From assembly GCA_009859145.1 (NCBI GenBank), contig VRVR01000059.1, forward strand, positions 67,204 to 114,142: a stretch of DNA of 46,939 nucleotides. Direction: 5' to 3'. This DNA is from Andalucia godoyi And28. Its lineage: Eukaryota; Protista; Jakobida. The translations under genes were made by a program, and so were the position numbers. Below the pieces are notes generated by a model. It did no database searches, was not told the DNA's origin, and saw only the letters and a program-made list of their open reading frames with translations. How positions within the stretch are numbered: position 1 is the first letter of the stretch; each line of letters starts with the position of its first letter. Below are positions 10,337 to 20,459 of this stretch, in pieces.

Positions 10337-11641
10337 ATGGAAGGCGAAGACGCGCAGCAAGTTGGTGTCCAGCTGGGAGTTGTTGCTGACGTGTCTGCCC
10401 CCGAGGCGAAGCGCATGAGGCTCGATGAGCCGTCTGCTGCAGCTGATAAGTACGATGCGTATGAAGGAAGAGCGAAACAGCGAGTAGCATTGCTGGTTGG
10501 CTATCTAGGGACGAACTACAGCGGGCTGCAGGTGAATCCTGGAGTCCACACGGTCGAAGAAGAACTGCTGGAAGCCATTGGAAAGGCAGATTTGGTCCAC
10601 CCGCTTAACCGCAATTCACACTCCAAGAACGGCTGGGAACGCTGCGGTCGCACAGACAAAGGAGTGCATGCTCTCCGCCAGATTGTCTGCTGTAAGTTGC
10701 TGTACTATGAAAGTTGTCTCGAGGAACTGAACAAGCACCTGCCGAGCGACATCCGGGTGTTTGGAATTCGACGGGTCACTGGATCGTTCAATGCAAAGAG
10801 ATCCTGCAGTTCTCGGCAGTACTCGTACGTGTGTCCCTCCTATTTGTTTGCAGATGCCTCTGTTTCCTTTGAGGATATGAAGGCTGGGAAATTCAGTCTG
10901 TCCCCCGAACGTATTGTGTATATTCAGAAGCTGTTCCATTACTACCTAGGAACGAAATTGTCGCACAACTTTACAGTGAAGAAGAGCTCGTCTGATGCAT
11001 CTGCGAAGCGACACATGAAGGCGATCCGAGTAATCCCTCCGACAATCATTGATGGAATGGAATGCGTCGAGGTATTGGTACACGGAAACTCGTTTATGCT
11101 GCATCAAATACGAAAGATGATTGGTTTGGTCATCGCAGTCACAAGGGGAATCCTTCCCGAGGAAATTTTTGAATTCGTGTTCTCCCCTGCCTTCTCGTTT
11201 GATATTTTAATGGCTCCGGGGTTTTGTCTTTCTTTAGATCTTCCTCTTTTTGAATCATACAACAAAGCCAGAGGCGGCCAGCATGGCGATGTTCGTTTCG
11301 CGGAATTGGATCCAGAAGTTGAAAAGTTCCGACGAGAGCGGCTGCTGCCCGAGATCGTCCGTCTAGAACGGTCAAAACATGTGTGCACTGAGTGGCTAAG
11401 AGTTCTCGAAGACATGACAACACAGCGGTACAAACACGCCGGAGATCAATTGCTGCACTTTATTCAGCTTCAGAATCGGAAAGTATCGTACGAACAACTG
11501 AAACAAATCTCTACAGAATGTCGGGCGATTGCAGACAGGCAACGAGAAGAAAAGCAGCAGCAGAAGCACGCGGGAAACCCGGTTGCCGATGTTGAAGCAG
11601 ATGACGGTGTTGATGATGCAAGTGGCGATGACGACCAATAA
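10337..11641 (+). CDS. PUS1: tRNA pseudouridine synthase, TruA family (Pus1-like), 434 aa
   Basis: ALLVGYLGTNYSGLQ, catalytic GRTDKGVHA, FNAKRSCSSRQYSY, HNFT and GNSFMLHQIRKMIG. Confidence 0.92.
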   Translation: MEGEDAQQVGVQLGVVADVSAPEAKRMRLDEPSAAADKYDAYEGRAKQRVALLVGYLGTNYSGLQVNPGVHTVEEELLEAIGKADLVHPLNRNSHSKNGWERCGRTDKGVHALRQIVCCKLLYYESCLEELNKHLPSDIRVFGIRRVTGSFNAKRSCSSRQYSYVCPSYLFADASVSFEDMKAGKFSLSPERIVYIQKLFHYYLGTKLSHNFTVKKSSSDASAKRHMKAIRVIPPTIIDGMECVEVLVHGNSFMLHQIRKMIGLVIAVTRGILPEEIFEFVFSPAFSFDILMAPGFCLSLDLPLFESYNKARGGQHGDVRFAELDPEVEKFRRERLLPEIVRLERSKHVCTEWLRVLEDMTTQRYKHAGDQLLHFIQLQNRKVSYEQLKQISTECRAIADRQREEKQQQKHAGNPVADVEADDGVDDASGDDDQ

Positions 11642-11662
11642 ATCAGACACTCTGGCCTTGAT

Positions 11663-14600
11663 TTAAAAAATAACTCCCATCACACTCGTCAGACTTTCCA
11701 AAAATTGTGGTTCATAACCTAGTCGTCCAGAAAAGAAGGCATCGGAATACTCCAGTGCTCGTTGCTGATTCAAATACAGAGGAAGTCCGCGACGGAATCC
11801 AGTGTCTTCCTCTCCATGCGGATCCAAATACAGCGAAGGAATGTAGCCACCGGCATCCGGACGAAGTAGCAACGTCTTCGAGCTTCTCAAACAAAGGAAA
11901 ATCCCGTGGCCTGCATGATGCTGTTCTGCATGAAAACGGGCTTCCCCTATTGACATGACCCCTGAATAGGACGCAATCACGAACAAACGATCCGTTCCCC
12001 AGCTGGTCGTCACAGAAAAGTAGTCGGCTTTGCAACAATCAGAAGCAACACAGACCAGGCAGCCGCAGATCAAACACTGTGCAAGAGATTTTGAGCACTT
12101 GTTGCACCGGACACATTTTTCCGTAAGGGACTTCTGAAACACTTCTCGAAAGTCCGTAGGCAGGGTCAGCAGCCGCATTGACGGCGACAGTTGCCCAACA
12201 ATAAGCGCGCGAAATGACTCTCCAGAGAAATCCGCATCGGACTGCAAAATTCCCGCGCATGCATGGATGATGAGCCGCAAGTGGGCGTTTGGCACACCGC
12301 CACCCCACGGACAAACGGCCAGCACACGGAACAGCTCCTCCGATCGCCTCTCTGCAGGAATCGATTTCGCTGGAGCAACAACAAGCAGAAAGAATAGAGA
12401 CATCAGCACGATGCGGTCAAAATCGCCATAAGAAAAGGAGGATTGGTCGTTATGTTTCCCCGGGAGAAAAGAGTAAATGTCGGTCATAATACTTTCAAAT
12501 GAAAGCGGCATGAGTCCCACTGAAGTCGATCCCGGTGCCGAGGTATAGAATGCGGCGAGGTTTGTCGCCAGAATACGTAACGAGGCTACAAAACCTGAAT
12601 CCACGTTATTGTGCACAGCAAAACTGAGAGCATGCGAAAACAAAAAGGACCACGGTGTGCGAAGCAGAGGAAGGACGAGCGTCGACGGGTAAGTCGAGCA
12701 AGCGTCAACAACGGTAGTTGCCGCTTTCCATCTGCGATGGCATTCCTCATACTTCAATACCATTTGATTAACCTCATTCGAGGGGTCCCTGCAGTTGCGA
12801 TGATGCAGCACAGAGTTGGATAAACGGCGACAGGCAGGGCACCTGAATACTCGAGTGCCGGCAGAAATGATTTCAGCACGGTTTGACTGGATAGAAGCGC
12901 TGCACTCTTCATGAACGACGTGACCGCAACAGTTCACAAATACCGGCAGAAGATGGTCGGAAGAAGGTGCAGAAGGTGAAACAACGGTGTTGCAGATGTA
13001 ACCGCAAGAATCGGCCAACACGGGATTCCTGCACACAACACAAGACAATTCTTGTGACGAACCGGCAGCATCCGCCACGTCGTCAATAAGCGGCAAACTT
13101 GGAGACGAATGCTCAAATTTTTCCCGCTTTTCGCTCATTTTCGCTAGCATCGCCTCCCGCTTCAAACGCGCCCGATCCTTCGAATTTGAAGGTACAGGAG
13201 TTTCAGAATTTGGCACGGAGGAACTCACTGCAACCGTCGACGATGATCCCACACTGTCGTCAAAGCCTGCACATACGTGATTGATCCATGTGCAGACTGT
13301 CAAACAGCGCTTTCCATTCACGGACGAAACATTCGAATGAGAATGCACTTCCGCAGCAACAGCATCCATTTCTCTGACGATATAACGCAGATCGTACATT
13401 CGTAACAGCATGGATCGGGTTGGAACGCTGTTTTTCAAGAAAGACATGTCATAATTGCTCGAATCATCGAAAAACGTAGAAAATGGAAAGAAAAATGGAT
13501 TTGTCATGTGGAGGAGATCATCTCTTACTCCGTACGTTCCCCGACCCCGGCGGACACAAACAGTCTTCAAAACGTCATCCGGAATATGCTTGCGGAAATA
13601 AAAGGATTGCACAAGTTCCGAATGTTTGAAATCCGTGCGGTTCCTCTTTTGGAGGGCCATGAAATGAAAGATACTCTCCTGAATCCATATTGCTTGATCC
13701 CCCGACACCATTACTCGAGAATCCAGGGTCAACATACATCCAACAACGAATAATGCATCGATCAGCAGATTCAACGACACGGATGGGTCCGGGTTTTGGC
13801 AAAACAATGGAATAGACCGAAGCTCATTGAAGATCATCTTCCAGTTCACCGGATCCGCGGATCCTACAGCCGAGAGCAGCGCTACCAGCGCAAGCATCGG
13901 TCTCAACAAACCGGGCATCTCCAGAATGCGGCACTGTTCGATGACATGCATGTGATTTCGATTCCAGAGACCCGCACGGTTCGCTTCCGAACACAAGCGG
14001 AACAGGCGCGTTGCAGGGACCACGAGATGTCGAACCATCGGAGGATCGAGTGTGCGCAAGATTTCATAAAAGTGTTGAAGAACCACAGACGACGACATTA
14101 GTCCTCCAAGAAATTCTTGTATATAGAGCATTGTCTGGAAAACAGTGTCCGACGTGACAACCTGGCCACGGATGCATGCCATTATCGTCAGCTTGAGAAA
14201 CTTGTGCACAACATTAGTGGACTTCGGATCATAATCTGCATGTTCTACGAAACGGTTAAATCCATAGGCAAGATTCAGCAACATGTCCAAATATGAAATG
14301 CCGCGATAAACTGCGTCCAATGCGCTGTCATCATCGGAGTCCCTGCGTTCTACGACAACTGCATCTTGCAAGTAGCGAAAAATCGAGAGGAACAATCGAG
14401 CATGTGAGTATGCCTGCAAATCAGACGTTGGTAATATCCACCAATTATTCCGCTGGAAAGCTGTATCGTCGCTGTCGTCGTCCTTGACGAGGGAAACGAA
14501 GAAAGCATCTTGCGACGCAAAGTGCGACAGGTCGACAATGGCTTGGAACACCACCTCGGAGCGAAACACGGCACTGCTCGGCTCAATTAGCAGAGTTCTG

Positions 14601-15787
14601 TAGGACGCAGTAAGCATCGTACGACAGAGCCAGTCCATGTCAGGAAACACGTCGGGAGGAGTGAAAATTTGGACCGAAACATGCAAGAAACTTTGATCCA
14701 TTTTCATCCGACCACCGGAACAAGAGCGCAGCAACGCTTCATAGTGCCTCACAAACTCGTGAGAGAAGAAACTTCGAAACTGACGGTCCAAATTCAAAGT
14801 GTAAATCAACTCTATGAGTACCTCCACTGGCGTGTTCGATGCATCTTCGGCAGGGACTTCAGAAGAATCGTAATCATCCGACGCATCGTCGCTGTCGTCA
14901 TCGGTAATACCCTCTATGTTCATCGCAAAGAACTCGCCATCGCCGTCTTCCATTTCCTCTTCTCCCGCACTGTCATTGCCGTCGTTGGCATCGGAATCGG
15001 AAGCATCATCCTCGACATCGTGGTCGTCATTCCCATCACTCCCATCACTTGTATCTGTCATGCCCTCCTCTACACTAGGAACGGGGACTCTAGCAACGCG
15101 CTGGTTGGAGATATCCGGTTGCGTCGTGGAAGCACTGGGCGTGGCATCAGGCAACTCTAGAATCCAGTCCTCCAGCAAGGACGGAACTGCTGCGATAGCA
15201 GAAAAGGCGATCCTTCGAAAAAGCCCAGATGTTCTGCAAAGCGATGATATCCATTTGATCAGTGGAACACATCTCTGCCGGCCCGTAGAACCTTGGCATT
15301 CGCTGAAAATAGCAGTAAACACATTCTTAATCGTATGAACAGAACGAGGGTCCATCTGTTTCAACTGACCATCCAGTGCAGCACCGTCATCACTCTGGCC
15401 TGAATGCTTGGAACAGAACCCGCTGCTCGTGATCGCCGTTGTATCACCACAATCGCAAACACCACTGTACGATGAGATGTTCACGTCATGACCCGCATGT
15501 TTATCTGCCTCATAGCAAGAATTGCAAAAGATTGCGGAGGAATCGATATTGCAGGTTCTGCAAGAGTAGCCAATCGATGACCCCTCAAGCTTCTTTCCAC
15601 AAATGTGACTTTCTGTAGCCATGATGACCTTCAACTTGGAAGGATCCACAAGCAGAAACGACCATTCAAGAGTCTTCGTAAACTCCTCGACAGGCCGCTT
15701 GGCGTATTCTTGGGTGAGAAGGCTTCGAAGCTCCGCCAGGCTGTGAATTCCGCGTACTTGAGCAGCCAGGTCTGGAGGGTGAACCAT
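11663..15787 (-). CDS. UBR-box N-recognin E3 ubiquitin ligase (UBR1/2/3-PRT6 family), 1374 aa
   Basis: UBR zinc finger (CGK...YSCRTC...FCNSC...HAGH...GVCDCGD...FCSKH), RING-H2-like CVVC...CCGHVVHEEC...CPACR, and the C-terminal UBR domain (CLICGCLVC...LYLDPHGEEDTGFRRGLPLYL). Confidence 0.92.
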   Translation of the reverse strand: MVHPPDLAAQVRGIHSLAELRSLLTQEYAKRPVEEFTKTLEWSFLLVDPSKLKVIMATESHICGKKLEGSSIGYSCRTCNIDSSAIFCNSCYEADKHAGHDVNISSYSGVCDCGDTTAITSSGFCSKHSGQSDDGAALDGQLKQMDPRSVHTIKNVFTAIFSECQGSTGRQRCVPLIKWISSLCRTSGLFRRIAFSAIAAVPSLLEDWILELPDATPSASTTQPDISNQRVARVPVPSVEEGMTDTSDGSDGNDDHDVEDDASDSDANDGNDSAGEEEMEDGDGEFFAMNIEGITDDDSDDASDDYDSSEVPAEDASNTPVEVLIELIYTLNLDRQFRSFFSHEFVRHYEALLRSCSGGRMKMDQSFLHVSVQIFTPPDVFPDMDWLCRTMLTASYRTLLIEPSSAVFRSEVVFQAIVDLSHFASQDAFFVSLVKDDDSDDTAFQRNNWWILPTSDLQAYSHARLFLSIFRYLQDAVVVERRDSDDDSALDAVYRGISYLDMLLNLAYGFNRFVEHADYDPKSTNVVHKFLKLTIMACIRGQVVTSDTVFQTMLYIQEFLGGLMSSSVVLQHFYEILRTLDPPMVRHLVVPATRLFRLCSEANRAGLWNRNHMHVIEQCRILEMPGLLRPMLALVALLSAVGSADPVNWKMIFNELRSIPLFCQNPDPSVSLNLLIDALFVVGCMLTLDSRVMVSGDQAIWIQESIFHFMALQKRNRTDFKHSELVQSFYFRKHIPDDVLKTVCVRRGRGTYGVRDDLLHMTNPFFFPFSTFFDDSSNYDMSFLKNSVPTRSMLLRMYDLRYIVREMDAVAAEVHSHSNVSSVNGKRCLTVCTWINHVCAGFDDSVGSSSTVAVSSSVPNSETPVPSNSKDRARLKREAMLAKMSEKREKFEHSSPSLPLIDDVADAAGSSQELSCVVCRNPVLADSCGYICNTVVSPSAPSSDHLLPVFVNCCGHVVHEECSASIQSNRAEIISAGTRVFRCPACRRLSNSVLHHRNCRDPSNEVNQMVLKYEECHRRWKAATTVVDACSTYPSTLVLPLLRTPWSFLFSHALSFAVHNNVDSGFVASLRILATNLAAFYTSAPGSTSVGLMPLSFESIMTDIYSFLPGKHNDQSSFSYGDFDRIVLMSLFFLLVVAPAKSIPAERRSEELFRVLAVCPWGGGVPNAHLRLIIHACAGILQSDADFSGESFRALIVGQLSPSMRLLTLPTDFREVFQKSLTEKCVRCNKCSKSLAQCLICGCLVCVASDCCKADYFSVTTSWGTDRLFVIASYSGVMSIGEARFHAEQHHAGHGIFLCLRSSKTLLLRPDAGGYIPSLYLDPHGEEDTGFRRGLPLYLNQQRALEYSDAFFSGRLGYEPQFLESLTSVMGVIF

Positions 15788-16168
15788 TAGATAAGCAAAA
15801 GCGTACTATTCCCTGTCTCTGTCTCTGTCTCTGTTTTCTGTCTCTCCGGGAGTTCGTGATCTCGTTCTTAATCTGCAACAATGAAGCCAAACACAACAGA
15901 GCGATGCTTTTGTGAGTTTTACGACACGACGTTGAAGTGAGGGCTTTTCTGCGATGCTGTCCGCCTACAGCAGTTTCGCATTCGCAGCAGCAACACACGG
16001 CAAAAATTAGAGGTCGAGCAAAACGAGAACGCTGGGGAGGAAGCGAATGGAGGGGACTGGTTGCCTGGGAAGAGGCGGCACATTAGGCCCGGGAAACGAG
16101 AACGTCTCGCACACCGAGCATCTGAGAGGCAAGAGTTGTGCCATCCTTGGCGAAGAGCATCAACCAGG

Positions 16169-16675
16169 TCAGATATGTAGTTTGCTGGTTCGAGCACGTA
16201 GAGCTCCTTCGCGCTCTCGGTATTCTTCAAGAATGTCCTGGAGTCGCTTGATCTCTGAATCCTTCATCTCACAAATTATCTGCCGTTCTTTCAGCAGTCG
16301 CTTTCTTTCGCGGCCAAACTCCTCCTTGAGTTTCTTCAACTTGGCAAGGTGTTGCTGCATCAGCCGTTCTTCGATTTCTCTGGCGCTGTCGGTCGACTCG
16401 TGCAAGGAAGGGGCTTGGGAAGTAAAGAAGCTAATATCAATGTCTTCCATGATATTGGCAAGTGCCGGGTTGGTTTCCTTATCGAAAGCTGCTCCTTTCA
16501 GCTGCAGTAGCTCTTCGTGAAACTTCGTCCTCTGTTCCTCGAGCTGCTGATTCCGACGCTTAATCTGGCTTCTCATAACATCCAGCTGCAGTTCTTTTGT
16601 TTCCAGCTCTTTCTTCAGAAAACTGTTCTCCTCCATAAGTCGCATGTTCTCTTTTGCAAGATCAGGGGAAATCAT
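16169..16675 (-). CDS. Uncharacterised coiled-coil protein, at least 168 aa
   Basis: E/K/L/Q-rich heptad ORF with an ATG start. A possible upstream intron (GTACGT donor near 16813, TGTGTAG acceptor at about 16685) suggests a 5' exon that is unresolved. Confidence 0.7.
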   Translation of the reverse strand: MISPDLAKENMRLMEENSFLKKELETKELQLDVMRSQIKRRNQQLEEQRTKFHEELLQLKGAAFDKETNPALANIMEDIDISFFTSQAPSLHESTDSAREIEERLMQQHLAKLKKLKEEFGRERKRLLKERQIICEMKDSEIKRLQDILEEYREREGALRARTSKLHI

Positions 16676-17180
16676 GTTCGTGGTCTACACAGTCGGGGGC
16701 GTTCCAGATTCTTGCAGTTTTTTCAAAGCCGTAAAGGGAGACCGACAAAGACGCAGCAGAAACACACGGAGAGTGGAAATCGCACCGTTAAACGAATTAC
16801 AGATAGAACGTACTGCTGATGGATAGGAGTGATCGAGTTGATGTTGGAAAACTGAAGACCAGCGAGCGGTGAGGGCCACAGAGCCGTCTTTTTTTTTTCC
16901 CGGGGAGCAGACTAGAGCAATCCGTGAATCGCTGACACTTTTTGAACTGTTCTTATCGTATTTTATTTCGTTTTCATCTTCTTTGACAAAATGCTTGAAA
17001 CCCTAACATAGAGTTTTTGCAATCTAGTTAAAACGAAATAAAAACGAAATCTCCCTCACTTCTCACGATTTCCGCGTTTTATTTGTTCTTATTTTCGCAC
17101 TCATCTCGTTATCGTCGTCGTCCACAATTCGGAATTGTCGAAAAGCTGCAGGTGCTTCCGCACTTTCGTACAAACGACTC

Positions 17181-17188
17181 TATAAATA
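17181..17188 (+). promoter_or_regulatory. Candidate TATA box (TATAAATA)
   Basis: Canonical sequence in an intergenic interval. It also reads TATTTATA on the minus strand, so the direction is ambiguous. Confidence 0.35.
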
Positions 17189-18067
17189 GCGCCAAACTTT
17201 CACGAGCTTTGTGCGCGAGCGATGACGGCGTATGCACGTATGTCTATTGGGCCAAGTCCTCTAGACGACTAATTCGTGGGATCGATTGTCATACAAACAC
17301 TGCAATACTGCAGTACCCAACGAGTCAACTAGTAGTGATGCAGTGTATCGCAGGCGTCGTAGGACAGTCCTGCCTTAACGGCTTCTTCTTGTTCTTGTTC
17401 CCGTAGCCTTTGACGATCAGTTTGTTGTTTCCTCATTTATGCCATTATTTTTCGCCAAAAAAAATTGATGTCTGCCTTGCAGCGCTGCGTTGTCGGTGGA
17501 CATCACACTGGAACTGGAGCCGCGCTGGGTCACTCTATCTCCTTCTCCTTCTTCATCATCACCATCAACAGAGACTGCTGGACGCGAGTCATACAGAGGA
17601 TGCGAGTCGGCAGGTCCAGGATATGTGGTCTTCGAGGGATGAGGTCCACAAGACGTCGGGCCCGCAGCAAGGTGTTTTTGGTGTCCGGTGTCCAGCTTGT
17701 CCATCGAGGACGCTCCGAAGACTGGAATGGCACGGCGTCGCCTCTGATGACGTGTCGGGCGCTTGCCCTCCAAACGGTGCAATTAAGCATCGCAGCTCGC
17801 ATAGGGCAACGTGCTCGGATCTGCAATCATGACTGTAGTGGCAATGGTGCGGACACCCTCTTTTCCCGTCAGTATCTGTCAATGCGGCTGCTTTCGAAAT
17901 TCATCGCTCTGAGTTGTGAATGATGTTGCAGCATCTACAGCGGAATCCTGATTTTTTTGGGGGGGAGGAGAAACTGTCGCCAGTGGTGCTTTAAAAACAC
18001 AGTAAACGGAGAATCGGGAGAGAGGAAAAAACCCAGTCAAATCCTGCATTTTCATGACAACGTAAAG

Positions 18068-18958
18068 ATGAACGGCGAGTCTGGAACAAGAAGAGACACT
18101 CGACAACTGTGTATGTGTTTGGCGCTTTTCCTGGTGTTCGTGCATGCTGTGCAAAGCTACAGGATGCCAGAGCTTTATTTTGAGTACCCAGAACTTCATG
18201 AAATTATTGCAGATCAGGATGTTCCACGCTACAGGCCAGAAGACAGAATTCCCTCTCCGACGTATCACAATGCGTTCACGGCAAATTTCTTCAAAGACTG
18301 GTACAATCACACGAAGCTGTACTACGACTATCTGAACGGACGGGTCCGGTGGGAATTTCCAGACGAAGTGATCTTGTGGGACGAGAAAACACAAAAAGAA
18401 CACACAATACTGCACATATCTGCTGGCAAAAGCATCTGTTTTGTGAGAGACAGGGCTATCGAAGTACGGAGGCCACGATTTCTGACACATGCTTTTCTAG
18501 TCGTGGACGACATTACGAAGAAGGCAGTGAGAAAGGTGCACCGACAAAGATCGACGTGGTGCGTCAGGCAAGAGAAGGGTGAGGAAGGGTTTTTTCGACG
18601 GGACTGGACCAAGCACGAACCAGGGCTTCGGGGAAAACTTGTCAAGGAGGAGCTTGAGGTGTGTGTCCATTCCAGGTATCTCCGAGTTGACTGGGGTGGA
18701 GCAGTGTGGGAATTCGATAACGTGGATAACTTCACCAACAAGAAAAGGCTGCCGAACTCTCTGTGGGAGATTCCACACAACGGAGACACGTTTCTGGGAC
18801 CAAAACTCCGAAATGAACAATGCTATGGCTACGAGGATCTGGCAAGGTCCCAAGCAAGACTGAAACGATGGGAATTTATTTTCGAAGGAGAGCGGGCTCT
18901 GCTGATGATCTTCGACGGACTGGCCTTAGCATCTCAATTGAAACATCAATTTACCTGA
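18068..18958 (+). CDS. Secreted or lumenal uncharacterised protein, possibly ependymin-related (EPDR/LolA-like fold), 296 aa
   Basis: First in-frame ATG at 18068, followed by a signal-peptide-like stretch (LCMCLALFLVFVHAVQS). The PSPTYHNAFTA...KLYYDYLNGRVRWE...C pattern and C-terminal WEIP...C resemble EPDR proteins. The gene is well supported; the family call is tentative. Confidence 0.6.
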   Translation: MNGESGTRRDTRQLCMCLALFLVFVHAVQSYRMPELYFEYPELHEIIADQDVPRYRPEDRIPSPTYHNAFTANFFKDWYNHTKLYYDYLNGRVRWEFPDEVILWDEKTQKEHTILHISAGKSICFVRDRAIEVRRPRFLTHAFLVVDDITKKAVRKVHRQRSTWCVRQEKGEEGFFRRDWTKHEPGLRGKLVKEELEVCVHSRYLRVDWGGAVWEFDNVDNFTNKKRLPNSLWEIPHNGDTFLGPKLRNEQCYGYEDLARSQARLKRWEFIFEGERALLMIFDGLALASQLKHQFT

Positions 18959-19001
18959 AGATCGCACCAAGAAGAACCCCACATTGCAGCATGCTGCTGT
19001 A

Positions 19002-20459
19002 TCAAGCATCGGAATTCAAGGTAGAGTCGCCGGTTCGACGACGCTTTGCGGGCATTGCCTTCGTGGGCGTGGTCAAATAATCTGACAATTTTTGTGAACC
19101 GGAAGGCAGACGGAAGGTTCGCAAGAAGTTGTGGAACGCTCGTTGCGCGGCAGCTTTCTTCGCAGGATCGCGGCAGTAGACTCGCACATATCGTTCCTGG
19201 AACTGATCTGGAATGAGGGAAGATACTTTGTGTTTCGGAATGGAAATCGACTTTCGATTCTCAAACGGATCCGAGAAGAAATGGATGCTGTCCACGGGGT
19301 TACGATCCTTCATAGCATAGTCGATCTTCAGGTTGTGGACGATCAAATCTTCAGGTGTTAAGATATTGCCAATCCCTTGGTGCGTAGATATATCCAACTC
19401 TGTGACCTTTGGGAAATTGGCTTGGATCTCCGGTGGAACCAGCACCTCGTCAACGAACTTGTAAAGATCCCGCTTTCGCATGCGACGAATAATTTCCTGA
19501 GCCGGTCGAAGGTCCTGCGAATGGCTGGTCTCGATTTGTTTAATAAGACAGTCCGTAAGACCCATAAACTGCTCCGGATCCAATACAGCATCTGAAATCT
19601 TGAGAAACGGATCCGCTGCGATCAAGACATCGCAAAGCATGTACTCGATAGCCTTCACAACACGATGGGAATAAATCTGCTTGTGGAGGGAATATCGCGT
19701 GTGAAACATTTCGTAAATGTTGTATACTTCTTTTGAATGGAAGCAGATTTCGTTGTTGATGACTCTGCAAGAAAACATGAGCCGTGAGAAATCATAAGAG
19801 GACTTCAATCCAAGATTGTGACAATCCCGAGCCAAATAATCAAACTTGTCAACATCCACCGAATTCTTGTGATTCGCCACAATCTGATACAGAAAGTCTC
19901 TTTCCTGAGGCTTTTTGAGATCGTGTGACTCGACGATCATGTCTTTGATCTTTCGGATCTCGGATGGATCCAGATCAATGTGATTGTCATCAATCATGTA
20001 TTGGAACATCATCAACGAGCCTTCCTCGTGCTGCCAATTTAATTCGGGCTTCCTTCGGGGAAGAAACTCGTTGTCGAAAACATGAGAGAACGGTCCATGG
20101 CCCAGATCATGGCAAAGACCCGCCAGCTTTACACAGCGAACCTCCTGTGGGCGAATCTCCAACTCGGGTTGCGTCTCGGAGAAGCGAGAAATCATGCGGC
20201 CGGCAAGATGAGAAACGCCAATGGAGTGTTCAAACCGGTGATGAGATGCACCAGGGAAAACATAACCGCACGAACCAAGTTGAGAAAGGTCTCGTAAGCG
20301 TTGAAACTGTGGAGTATCAATGCAATCAAGGACATCTCGCGTCATTGCAATGTGGCCGTGAATTGGGTCGTTGAATATTTTGAAGGCAGAGGATGTAGAG
20401 GCAGCTGCATAAGGAGAACAAACGACAAAATCATCGTCACTGTCGGAAAGAATGCTCAT
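19002..20459 (-). CDS. SAMHD1: SAMHD1-type dNTP triphosphohydrolase (HD domain only, no SAM domain), 485 aa
   Basis: KIFNDPIHGH, DTPQFQRLR, HRFEHSIGV, AGLCHDLGHGPFSH, VDVDKFDYLARD, FHTRYSLHKQIYSH and RKRDLYK: the catalytic H/HD/D residues and allosteric-site residues are all present. Confidence 0.95.
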   Translation of the reverse strand: MSILSDSDDDFVVCSPYAAASTSSAFKIFNDPIHGHIAMTRDVLDCIDTPQFQRLRDLSQLGSCGYVFPGASHHRFEHSIGVSHLAGRMISRFSETQPELEIRPQEVRCVKLAGLCHDLGHGPFSHVFDNEFLPRRKPELNWQHEEGSLMMFQYMIDDNHIDLDPSEIRKIKDMIVESHDLKKPQERDFLYQIVANHKNSVDVDKFDYLARDCHNLGLKSSYDFSRLMFSCRVINNEICFHSKEVYNIYEMFHTRYSLHKQIYSHRVVKAIEYMLCDVLIAADPFLKISDAVLDPEQFMGLTDCLIKQIETSHSQDLRPAQEIIRRMRKRDLYKFVDEVLVPPEIQANFPKVTELDISTHQGIGNILTPEDLIVHNLKIDYAMKDRNPVDSIHFFSDPFENRKSISIPKHKVSSLIPDQFQERYVRVYCRDPAKKAAAQRAFHNFLRTFRLPSGSQKLSDYLTTPTKAMPAKRRRTGDSTLNSDA

